Of a stretch of 64,000 nucleotides of DNA, positions 52,067-64,000 are shown in pieces (position 1 is the first letter of the stretch; each line of letters opens with the position of its first letter). The position numbers and the translations under genes were made by a program. The DNA comes from Octopus vulgaris. Its lineage: Eukaryota. The notes beneath the pieces are model-generated. The model was given only the letters and a program-made list of their open reading frames with translations, made no database searches and was not told where the DNA came from. The stretch is from positions 31,682,001 through 31,746,000 of the forward strand of contig OX597825.1 in the NCBI GenBank assembly GCA_951406725.2. Direction: 5' to 3'.

Positions 52067-53256
52067 CAAATATTTGGGTGGGGGCAGGGTGAGTTGGCAG
52101 AATCATTAGCATGCCAGACAAAACGCTTAACAGCATTTCTTCCAGTTTTATGGCCTGAGTTCAAATGCTGCCAAGGCTGGCTTTATCTTACATCCTTCCA
52201 GAGTCAAATAAAATAAGTATCAGTTGGGCCCCGGGGGTCAATATAATCAACTTACCCATTTGCCTCGAAATTGCAGGCCTTGTGTCAAAACTTAGAAAGA
52301 ACTATTTAAGAAATAATATTTTAAATATGTACTAAACCACAGAGAAACCAGAATGAACATTTTATATAATGTCAACAATGCAGAACTCTGGAACTACCGT
52401 AATCAAGCAGCATATCTCACACAACATCTCTATTGTCTTAGTTAAAGAAGCATTGATGTAGCGCCGAATACTCTATGCTTGCCTGATTGTTGCTTGCTAG
52501 TTATCTTCTCATCAAATGGGAGAGTGACAGTCGTAAACAGTCATAATTACAAACCATTAATAATTCCACTTTCAATCATTCCAAAATTACAGACCGTTAA
52601 ATTTTTTTTTTTTTTCTCCTAGTCACCCTACCTCCACACCTTGTACGATTGGAATATTTATTCTATCAGAATTTTCAAAATTTAGCAGTAAAAGAACTCT
52701 TGTAGAATTTTGAGAATTGAATATTATTTTTTTTGTTTTGTTTTGTTTTGTTTATTTAAAAAAGCTTTTATTTTTTTAATTATATTTTTATATTTTCATT
52801 CGACATTCAAAGTTCGTTATGGTGAGTTCTAAGAGACATAAGAGAAATTGTCAGAAAATACAACAGAAAGAGAGAAAGAGCAAGAGGAAATGGTTAATGA
52901 TTAGAGATGCTGAGATACTAAAAGAGATTTAGGAAGAGAAAAAAGAGAAAAAGAAAAAGAGTATAACATGAGAGAGAGGGGGGAGAGAGAGAGGAAAAGA
53001 GGAAGGGAGAGAGAGGAGGAATGATGGAAAAAGAAAAAGTGAAAAATAAGGGGGAAAATATTAAATATGTGTGTGGTGGGGTTATTATTTTGAAGTTAAA
53101 ATTTCACAATAATTACAATTCCTAGTTTCACAATTTAGCTTCAAAACAAAGCTGGAAATTCTATTTCTTGCATTGAGTACCGTTTTTCTCCCTCTAGTTT
53201 GTAAACACAAACTTTTATATAATTGAGTTTGTATTTATAAATGTATGTGTGTGTAT

Positions 53257-53307
<51 letters not shown>

Positions 53308-53528
53308 TTCATACATACATACATTTGTATATACATATATGTTTGTGTGTGTGTATGCATATATATATGTATGTGTGTTTGTATGTATGTATGTATGTAT
53401 GTATGAAATATATATACATATATGTAATATATATATATAAATATACATATATATATACACATATATATATACATACACACATATATATATATATATATAT
53501 ATACATACATACATACATACATACATAC

Positions 53529-53579
<51 letters not shown>

Positions 53580-53814
53580 TCTCTCATGTACCTAAAGAAG
53601 GAGTGAGAAAGCGAATAGGTGGGTATTTGCTATGAAGAATTTTTCCAAGAATTTACCATTCGTTACCATGTATAATAATATTTGTGTTAAAATGCCACCA
53701 GAGCTGAAAGAATCAAAACAAAAGTAAAATGTTGTCTGTTTAAAGATAATGTAGTTCAAAGAAAATGTCATTAGGAAAGAGGAACTCAACCTTAATTATA
53801 GCAGAGATGGAGAA

Positions 53815-54288
53815 TCATAATGGTAAATATAATGTGATGGTTGGCCTATAAGTATGCTTTTCAATCGGATGGGGAGGAGTTTTGGAGGTAGGGGAATATT
53901 TGGGAGTTAGGGATGTGGGGTATGGGGAAGTGAGAGGAGATAGAGTATTGTGGGGAAATGTGAGGGGACGTAGGGGAGTAAAGGGGCATATGGGGAATGG
54001 TGGGGATGTGGGAGGAGTGGTCCAGATTGTTTTGCATGTGGTCCACCACTCTCCTCTGTTCATTACCCATATTGTGTTCATCCACCTAAATTTACATTTC
54101 ACATTAAGATCCCGGTGATGATGATGATGATGATGATGATGATGGTGGTGTTGGTGGTGGTGGGGATGGGGGTGATGATGATGACAACAATGATGATGAT
54201 GACAATGATGATGACTATGACAATAATGATGATGATGATGATGATGATGACAACTGTTACTGAGTGTTTCCCTCATCATCTCAGGTAT
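53815..54288 (-). other. Candidate terminal exon (His-rich then Pro/Thr-rich ORF)
   Basis: Acceptor-like TCTCTGTTTTTACAG directly precedes ATA CCT GAG ATG, in frame with the 154-aa ORF; no homology recognised. Confidence 0.25.
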
Positions 54289-54504
54289 CTGTAAAAACAG
54301 AGATTGTTTATTAATTTTATTTGTATACTTGAGACATTCAGTTATTGTTGTAATATAAGCATTTTACATTTTCCAGACAAGAAAATCTCATCTGTCATGA
54401 ATTTGTCGGCCTCAGTTTACAATTTTTCAACCAGTTGAATTTGATCATTTCAGTTAATCTTTTTGTCCATTCTTAGGTATTCGGGTATATTTAAATGTGT
54501 ATAA

Positions 54505-54830
54505 AAGAACAGAAAACAAATGATCTCCATGATATTTTAAATATTTCATTTGTGCTGCCCTACAGCTGTTTCTATAACACACTTGCAAACACTATCAACT
54601 ACATAATAATTGCAAAAACTAATTAGCTGAGTGTCATATGGAATTCATTATATGAGTAATGTTTTTGAAACTTTTCAAAAGTGTTCTTTATGAAATTAAC
54701 TCTACATGACATATAAGTAATTAATTTCATGACTACAGTTCATTTTTGTAATTATTATCTAGTTGATAGTATTTGCTTGTGTAGAGCAGAACAAATGAAA
54801 TGTTATGGAGATTATTTATTTTCTATTCTT
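54505..54830. repeat. Old degenerate fold-back; left arm carries a hammerhead 3' half (GAAA-CAGCTG-TA on -, 54557-54572)
   Basis: GCAAACACTATCAACTACATAATAATTGCAAAAA vs TTTTTGTAATTATTATCTAGTTGATAGTATTTGC; ATTTCATTTGTGCTGC vs GCAGAACAAATGAAAT. Confidence 0.65.
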
Positions 54831-55324
54831 CTAAATATTTTGTTCTAAGCATTCATTTTAGCCAGCTTTAAACTCTGTGCCATTTAATACCTAGTGTCAC
54901 ATTGAAGTAATAAGATACTGGAGTTCAGCAACATGGTAAAGAACTGAATTTTTGAATTTTATGAATTTATTTTCAAGTGCATTGCACTTATACTTTATGA
55001 TAAATTATATTATATTTGAATATGACCAAAGATTGAACTCTTCTGTTCCAGGGCTAGTATCAATCCTGAAAAAGAAAACCCTTCCTGAACTGTCTTCAGA
55101 CAGCTATCTCAGGCCATGAGAACTCCAGGCAGTGAGTGAGGTCATTGCATAATCTCACTTTTGGTGTACCCTATAGTCTGTTCCATTCTCTTGGTATCAA
55201 AGCTACTTCTCATATCAATTACTTGATGTCCTTAGATCATACAATGTAACCAGCACATCTGTGTTTGTTTTTCCTGAGGATCAAACATAAGGTCTTCCGT
55301 ATGTATTTCATGCCTGTGATGAAG

Positions 55325-55750
55325 TAGAGAATCAAGATGTGGGCATTAAACAACACCATAATGTGCAAACTTACAATTGCACAGTGCAAGGTAGAGCACG
55401 TCATGCTTGGCATTCTTCTTCAGGGTCAGAAGACAAGCACCTGGATTCGACAGCAAAACCAACAGCATCATCATTGCCATCATGACTGAACTGATCTAAT
55501 CAAATGTGGTGTGGCAGACAAATTCCTGTCAGATAACTTGTCCTTCTCTTTAGGGCCAGAAGATATTTCAGCCCTTAACAAGTTTCTGATATTCTACAAG
55601 GCTAAACTGAGCTTCACAAAAGAGTACTGCTTCTACATTTAATGACACTACAGCTATTGTGTACACTGAAATCTTGGATTATATCCAGAGAAGGGCCACT
55701 TGACTGACTGGCACTTCATTGCTAACAGATGCATTCCAGCCTCTGACATG
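55325..55750 (+). pseudogene. Adjacent decayed LINE ORF2 fragments (RTE-like, then CR1/Jockey-like)
   Basis: WALNNTIMCKLTIAQCKVEHVMLGILLQGQKTSTWIRQQ; LIFYKAKLSFTKEYCFYI..ILDYIQRRAT. Confidence 0.55.
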
Positions 55751-56278
55751 ATGTTTTCTCTTTTGGTTTCTTTTTTCTTAATCACTCCTATAGTGGCCTC
55801 TGCTTCTCAGGGCTGGCTAATCTAATACCTCCACAACTCAGGCACCCCTGGCCTACTCATTTCTTCAACTCTCAATCCTCTTAGTGCATCCAATTTCCTC
55901 CCACCAACCTGCATTAACCACTTCGCTAAATTCTTCATCTGCAGAACATTGGCCTTCTAGAATCTCCTTCATTTTCATATCTTTCTTTTAGATGTTGATT
56001 TTTAACACTTTAAACCAAATATTAATAGCATCAATCTTACCAATCTCAAAAGACCTTCAAAAGACTTCTTTCAGTTTCTATTTATCAAGTCTGCTTGCAT
56101 GATTTTTTTGTTTTTGGTCCACCTGAAGCTGTAGTATACAATATTATTCTGTTCATCATCATGTGTTTGATTGTTATACTTTTAACAACCTTAACCATGA
56201 AGTGAACTCAGAGAGACATAGTGAAAGAAATTCCAATGTCACACTTTAAACAACCAAATCTCTGGAACTACAAGATGT

Positions 56279-56582
56279 TTGTTTGTTCCTTCTCGAGCTA
56301 CGCCTGGCTCATAAGGGCCAGTTTCCCGGTTTCCTTGGCATATAGGTTCCCCGCCTGGACGGGATGTCGGTCTGTTGCAGGTGAGCTGCAAGATGCAGGA
56401 GGAAAGAGTGAGAGAAAGTTGTGGTGAAAGAGTCAACAGAAGTTCGCCATTACCTTTCTGTCGGAGCCGTGCAGAGCTTAGGTGTTTCGCTCATAAACAC
56501 ACACATCGCCCGGTCTGAGATTTGTACCTGTAATCCCTCGACCGCGAGTCCGTTGCTCTAACCACTAGGCCATGTGCCTTCA
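56279..56582 (-). mobile_element. SINE family C with 13-bp TSD
   Basis: Reverse complement of 51764-52066; AACTACAAGATGT at 56266 and 56585. Confidence 0.88.
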
Positions 56583-57362
56583 CTAACTACAAGATGTAAT
56601 CAATAACGTTTAAAATAATACAACAATGTAATGTATGTCTATAAATTTATGCAACAACATAGAAAAAGGAGCATTTACGAAAACATGGAAGAGCCATAGG
56701 TCACACAAATTTATTTATGATTTCGTAAACTGTTTTTTTTTGTCTATTTGTGTGTTGCAGAACATTCGTTTGTTGTATGGTGTCTGTCACCAACCAAAAT
56801 AGATAGTAAAAAACCTCCCACTTGTTATTATCTAAAGAGCTTTTGTTTCATTAGCAAAACTTATTACTACTGATGTTCCACCTTTTCTCACAGCCAGAAA
56901 GTATTCCAGCATTCCTAAACCCTCTATTATGAAACTTTAGCTTTATTTAACTTGTTTCTCATAATACACAATGACTTCAATATAATAAAATATTTTATTT
57001 CTGTATCCACCTCCTCATAATGTTCAATAAATTATGAAAAGCAATTCATTGTAAATACAATTAAATTGGTTGCTTGTATTTCTTTATCACATATATAAAC
57101 AGGGCACCGACTTGGCTGCGTAGTTAGAAGATTACTTCTGAACCATGTGGTTCAGAGTTCATTCGCACTGCTCAGTAACTTGGGCAAGTGTTTTCTACTT
57201 TAGCCCTAGGATGATCAAAGCAGCCTTGTGCATGGATCTGATAGACATAAACTGATAAAGAACCTCATTGTATGTGTGTGTGTGTGTGTTATCTGTGTGC
57301 ATGTGTATGTGTATGCATGTATGTGTGCTTGCATGTGTGTGTATGTTTGTGTGAGTGTGTGT

Positions 57363-57393
<31 letters not shown>

Positions 57394-57774
57394 CGTGCGT
57401 GTTCATGTCCCCTTGTCCTATGTTAATTGTCACTTGTGATTTAATGTTCACCATCCTACATTCAGTGTTGTTTGTTTGCAATCTTCATGAAAACATGTCC
57501 AGCCAATGGGCTCTCTATGTTCAAAGGACTTAGGGAAATATTACCTTTTTTGGAAATGACTGAGGATTATCTACAGGAAGAGCTGGACAGCCACAAAAAG
57601 TCTGCCTATAAGACAGGGTTTCAGTGGGATCTTGGTCTCTGGAGTCTAAAGATCCAAGAAAGGGGTTGTGGCAATCTGCCAGGTCCTTCAATTAAAGTGG
57701 GTAAAAAAACTCAACCCTTTGGATTTTAAGAAGGCCCCCACCATCACCACCTTAATTCCCCAAAGCAATATCTT

Positions 57775-58008
57775 TCTTATTTCTTTACTGCCCATAAGGG
57801 GCTACACACAGAGGGGACAAACAAGGACAGACAAAGGGACTAAGTCGATTATATTGACCCCAGTGCATAACTGGTACTTATTGAATCGACCCCGAAATGA
57901 TGAAAGGCAAAGTCGACCTCGGCAGAATTTGAACTCAGAACATAGCGGCAGATGAAATACCACTAAGCATTTCACCCGGTATGCAAACATTTCTGCCAGT
58001 TTGCCGCC
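57775..58008 (-). mobile_element. SINE family B
   Basis: Reverse complement of 1630-1860. Confidence 0.85.
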
Positions 58009-58101
58009 CTTAAACAATATCTTTCTGTTCTGCCATATTTCTCTTGGGGGCCCAGCCAGTGAATGTATTGGATACAAGGAGAATGATCTAACACACCTTA
58101 A

Positions 58102-58323
58102 CCCTTTAGTGTTTAGATTACTCTGTCAAATGTAATGTTTATTTATTCACATTGTTTTCAATTAATCATGCATCTCAGAGCTTTGAGATTTTGAAATGTG
58201 ATTTTTTTTTTTATTTTTAAAATGGCATTGTAGGATAGGTATGAAAGGCCAGATCTGGCTGCTTTGAAGATAAAACAGGTAGAAAATTATGACCAGGATA
58301 TGGCCAGTTTAAATGCTTAAAGG
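58102..58323. mobile_element. piggyBac-type MITE; second copy inverted at 61127-61312
   Basis: TTAA-CCCTTTAG..CTTAAAGG-TTAG; internal AGATTACTCTGTC shared in opposite orientation. Confidence 0.65.
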
Positions 58324-58627
58324 TTAGGAAGGGCAACCAGCCATAGAAACCATGCCAAATCAGACTGGAGTCTGGTGCAGCCCTTCAGCTTACCAACCCT
58401 GGCCTAACTGTCCAACCCATGCAGCATGGACAACAGACATTAAATGATGATGATGATGATGATGATAATGATAATGATAATGATGATGATGATGTTACAT
58501 ATATAATGCAAAAGCATGCACTTCACTGATGCATCAACAACCCGGTCAGTCATATTCTTAATTAAAGAATGTACATCTTTGTCCTGGTGTTTATATCATA
58601 TCTATGCATGGTATGCACTCTTTACAA

Positions 58628-58928
58628 CAGTGGTTCCCAAACTTTCAGGGTTTGCGGCCTCCTGCCCCTCTTGGCATTCAGGCCATATTTCTAGCACCAT
58701 CATCCACCCCCAACTCACCACCACAAACATAGACCCCTTTCTGCAGCAAATTCAAAACAACCATATTTCACAAATAAAACTTAACCTAATTAACCCATTA
58801 TTTAGTTGTTTCTACATCCATTGCCCTCATTTGGCCACCCCATCATTGCTCCCACATTTCTTCAGCACCCTACTGGATCTTTCTACTGCCCCGCACACGA
58901 GTAATACCACCCACTTTGGGAACCACTG
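58628..58928. mobile_element. hAT-type MITE
   Basis: Perfect 14-bp TIR CAGTGGTTCCCAAA / TTTGGGAACCACTG; decayed 8-bp TSD CTTTACAA / CTTTGTAT. Confidence 0.8.
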
Positions 58929-59686
58929 CTTTGTATTAAAACAGCTGAGATATTGTTCCAATAAACAAATTTCACCATCTAACATAAGAGGTTTATCACC
59001 ACCAGCTAAATCTCAAAATGGCCCAATTCTTGTTATAAGGAAGAGTCTAACGGTAAGAGATGAAATTTGAACTCAGAATACAATGGCTCAGAATAGGTAG
59101 TGTGATGCATCTCATCCTAGGCTCTAACAGTTCTGTCAATTCACCCTCCCTAGAATGATATTTTATTTGTCAACCCCAGGAGCAATGTGGATCTCAATAA
59201 GACTTGAACTTGGAGTGCAAAGATTCTGAAGAAATTCTGCCTGATATTCTCTCTGATACTTTAATAAATCTGTCATTTTAATGCATTAAGTGAATTTATT
59301 ACGTATAATATTTAAATAATGGGGCAAATATATATGTACAGTATATAATATTTGCCAGTGCATGTGTTCACTGGATATTGGTATCCATAGCAATGTGCAG
59401 GCCAAACGGTAGGATATGTGATGTGTTATGTAATTTAGATGGAGATGACCAACCAGATGAGATGTAGGTAGGAGTATGTAATAAAGTGTATCTTCATTTG
59501 CATGTGCTTGTGTATAATCATATACTTCGTCGTCAGCATCATCATCATCATCATCATCATCATCATTATCATCACAGTCATCACCATTATCATTGTCGTC
59601 GTCATCATTATTGCTGTTACTGCTGCCTATACTATCATTGTCATTGGGTTGATGACATTATAATTCTCATCATTGTTGTCGTCCCT

Positions 59687-59726
<40 letters not shown>

Positions 59727-60710
59727 ACCATCATCATCACCTTCATCATCATCACATCCATTATTTAATTATGAAGTTATTGTCCATATTTCCCAACTGA
59801 ATATCTATGCATATGAGAGAGAAAGATGAATAGATATGTATGTTATGTATGTATGTCTGTATATATGTATGTTTGTGTGTGTGTATGTATGTATGCCTGC
59901 ATGTATGTATGCTACATATGTATGTCTGACTGTATGTATGTATATCTTTATTCAATTTTATTTCAAGATTTCTTGCCAATAGAGAGAGAGTCAGTTCCTA
60001 ACCTAGATCCAAGGCTCCTTCATTGGAATTTCAACAACATCAATGGGGTATTTTTGCTTGTATGTATATGTGTTGTATGTATGTATGTATGTATGTATGT
60101 ACATACGTATGTATATGTGTTTATGTATATCTGTGTGCATGTATGAATGTGCATATATATATATAAATGTATGTAGATACATATGTATGAATGTATTTTT
60201 GTATGCATACATAAACATATGTATACTTGTATGTGTATGCATGTGCATTTGTATGTACTTATGTATATATGAATCTATACACATATATATGTGCATGCAT
60301 GCGTATATGCATGGATGTTTGAATTTGTCTAGCTGTCTTATGCATGTATATGTATGTATTTATAGATATGTATGTATACATATATATGTATTTGTGGATA
60401 TATATGTGTATGCAGATACACATATATGTGTATATAGATATGTATGTATGTTTGCATGTGTACATATATATATGTAAATGTATGTAGGTGTGTAAATATA
60501 TGTATGAGTAGATATGTGTGTATATGTAAATGTGTGTGTGTGGAGAGAGAGAGAAAGAGAGAGGGTGAGAGAGAAGTCATACATTAATGAATACATACAT
60601 ACATACATACATTCACACAACACACCTCTGTATATGTAAGCGCATGTATACCACATACACACATACACACATACACACACGCAAACACGCACACACGCAC
60701 ATGCACACCC

Positions 60711-60742
<32 letters not shown>

Positions 60743-61983
60743 CCACCCACACACACACACACAAACACACACACACGTGTACAAGCATATACATATTTGT
60801 ACTTTCCACACTCAACACTCCTTGTCATAAAACAATGAGTGACTTTGAGAGACCACTTTAAAGCTAAGTGACCATCAGCCTCTCCCAAGCCAGCTGCTAG
60901 CAACACACTGCTACATTTATAACCACACTACTAACCTACTAACCATACACAAGTAATACTAACTAGTAAATGGATCACTGTTAGTCTCCATGCTGACTGT
61001 TCAGTTGTTCAATCAACTGAGCCACCTTTCCCCACCCCACCTCCCATTGAATTAATGTCTTCATGGTTGAATATTCCTCAGACACTTTTTGGTTGGGAAA
61101 GATGAGCAAAGCATAGAACACTTTAACCCTTTAGCATTTAAACTGACCACATCCAGCCCGAATAGTCTACCTGTTTTAACTCTATAATGTCATTCTGAAA
61201 ATAAACAATCATATCATTGAAATCTTGAAGCTATTAGATAATGCTTGATTCATTCAAAACAATGTGAATAAACAAGCAATACACTCGACAGAGTAATCTA
61301 AAAACTGAAGGGAAAAGGAGAAGAAGATATCCTCAATCTGGAGATCTGGCTTGAATTGGTGTAGGCATAATGCCAGAATAGCTAAGAAGGTTTTCTTCAC
61401 AATCATGAGGCTTCATGTTTAATATTGATGTATGACATCTTGAGTAAGTACTTTCTACCATAGCCTCAATCCAACCCAGCTAAAACTGGGTAGATGGAAA
61501 CTGTGAGGAAGCCTTTTTGATAGATATTAACCACAAAAACCAGCCTTCTCACACACTGTGTCAAACTGATTCTATTAAGGATTACATAAATGATATATGT
61601 GTTTGAGGAATACCTTACTCAGCCAGGTGTACTCTTATACAATGTGTTGTGAGTTCAGTTGATCAAAGAGCTGAATATTCATTGTTGAAAGTGATGGATG
61701 ATTTATCCATTTTATTTTTTGTGTTATCAGGAGCTTTTTAGTCTTTCTGATGGAAAGGAAACCTCTGCAGTGTTGGTGCCATGGAAAATGCATGCAGTGT
61801 ACTCCATAAAGTGATTGGTGTTAGGAAGAGCATCCAACCATAGAAACCATGCCCAAAATGAGATGTTGGAATATGATGTGAGCCTCTGAATCACTATATT
61901 CTGGCAGAACCATCCAACTCATCCTACCATGGAAGAACGGATGTAAAATGATGGTGACAAGGATGATGATGATGATGATGTGG

Positions 61984-62047
<64 letters not shown>

Positions 62048-62074
62048 ATGATGTGTGTGTGTGTGTGTGTTTTC

Positions 62075-62290
62075 ACAGACAGATGACTGCACTGGTATGG
62101 GCTTGTGATATGATAGAGATTGAATGCTGGAATGATAAGTTGTGTGTTTTGTTGGGTTGGTGAAGAGTAAAGATGGAAATGGAAGACCAAGGAAGGTGTG
62201 AGGATGTGGGATGAAGTGGCTAAGTCAGATCTCTTAATGCTTGGCTTCTCTCATCAGATGATGAAAGATCGAGATAACTGATGCTATGCT
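62075..62290 (+). pseudogene. RTE LINE ORF2 3'-terminal relic
   Basis: LHWYGLV..GRPRK..WDEVAKSDLLMLG. Confidence 0.5.
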
Positions 62291-62696
62291 GTATTGCAGA
62301 CCCATTAACAATCACAATGACGACAATGGTGATGCTGATAGTGATGCTGCTGATGCCAATGATAACAACATCGATGACAGCAATGGCGGCAGTGATGATA
62401 ACGACAGTGATCGCGGTGGTGATGGAGGAGGGGGTGTGGAAGGTGGGGTGGGGTGGCAATGGTGACTGTGGTAGAGGTGGTAGCAACAGTGGTAGCAGTG
62501 GTGGGGGCAGTGGTTGTGGTGGTATTGGTGGTAGTGGTGGTGGTGGTGGTGGTGAGGGTTGTGGTTGTGTTGGTGGTTGTGGCAGTAGTAGCATTAGTGG
62601 TGGTTGTGGTGATGGCTGAGGACATAGTTGTGGTGGTGGCTGTGGTGGTAGTGGTGGCAACAGTAATGATAATGGAGATAACTATTATTATTATTA

Positions 62697-62762
<66 letters not shown>

Positions 62763-62807
62763 CATTGTTGTTATTATTATTATTATTATTATTTATTATT
62801 AATTATG

Positions 62808-62884
<77 letters not shown>

Positions 62885-63389
62885 AATTATTATTATTATT
62901 GTAATATTAAATACATATAGTTTTAAATTTCATCAGAATTTTTATTTTTTTATTTTTGCCCATATCTTGGAGACAATTTAGACGGAGACATAAATATTTG
63001 CCTGTCGGTCATCAATCAATGATAAACTATAGCTTGATCTTATTAATCAATATACAAATTCTATATTTTTATCGTGAAATATTTGTAAATAGAACTTCAT
63101 CTTAACATAGTCATATAAAAATATTGATTGGAATCGGCTCAAAGCCAATATTATTTAAAGGAGATGTATTTTCTCTTGATTCCATTTCACACACTCCAGT
63201 ATATTACAGTCAGATCATTGCAGGGTTTATTAACAGAGAAGCAAGCGAGCAGTTGAGTTGGTTATTTGGCATCATGGAAATTATCTGAAGGAACTAATTC
63301 TTGTTAGCCTTTAATGGTCCATCATTAACTACTAATGAGGCCTGTGCTAATTCCTTGCTTCACGAAAGCACATATTTCAATTTCCATCT

Positions 63390-63620
63390 GTTATTTTTTA
63401 CTTGTTCCAGTTATTAGACTGTGGCCATGCTGGAGTACCACTTTAACTAAAAGGCACCCACTACACTCACGGAGTAGTTGGCGTAAGGAAGGGCATCCAG
63501 CAGTAGAAACACTGCCAGATCAGACTGGAGCCTAGTGCAGCCTCCTAGCTTCCCATACCCCGGTCGAACCGTCAAACCCATGCTAGCATGGAAAACGGAC
63601 ATTAAACGATGATGATGATT

Positions 63621-63658
<38 letters not shown>

Positions 63659-63792
63659 ATTGACTCCAGTAATCATGTTTCTTTGTTAAGCTTGGTACTT
63701 ATTGTATCATTTCCTTTCTTACCAACCTGCTAAGTTACAGGAACGTAAACAAACCAACACCAGTTGTCAAACAGGTGTGTGCGTGTGTGTGT

Positions 63793-63840
<48 letters not shown>

Positions 63841-64000
63841 ATACAATGGGCTTCTTTCATTTACCACCTACCAAATCCACTCATAAGCTTTTGATTGGGC
63901 CAGGACTATAGAAGACATTGTCCAAGATGCCATACAGGAGAACTGAACCCAAAACCATGTGGTTGGGAAGCAAACTTCTTGACCACATAGCCACAATCCA
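63390..64000 (-). mobile_element. SINE family A interrupted by a family E copy (63452-63655, +)
   Basis: Family A tail at 63390-63445 resumes at ~63660; family E sequence and (GAT)n in between. Confidence 0.75.

Overview
AT-rich, microsatellite-saturated animal genomic DNA with no confidently supported host gene. The repeat content (tRNA-Arg-headed SINEs resembling octopus OR1/OR2, plus (TA)n/(CA)n/(CAT)n arrays) suggests an octopus intron or gene desert; that taxon call is my inference. Nearly all ORFs in the track are microsatellite artefacts. Recognisable relics are several SINE families, RTE and CR1-like LINE fragments, mariner and Tc1 transposase pseudogenes, Tigger-, hAT- and piggyBac-type MITEs, a Gypsy LTR-PBS-gag-protease relic, and two Penelope-like element (PLE) coding fragments (RT thumb and GIY-YIG endonuclease). 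The main hidden signal is more than a dozen type I hammerhead-ribozyme (HHR) motifs, intact to decayed, from several unrelated sequence families. Many sit in fold-back inserts in or next to (TA)n arrays. In seven fold-backs the ribozyme copies point outward from the hairpin centre (only one arm retains a motif at 54.5 kb). The youngest is a near-identical 362-bp tandem/inverted array (6173-7692) whose HHR has a compensatory U3-A8 core, making it a candidate retrozyme/circRNA-producing element. All structures were paired by eye; none has been folded computationally or tested.
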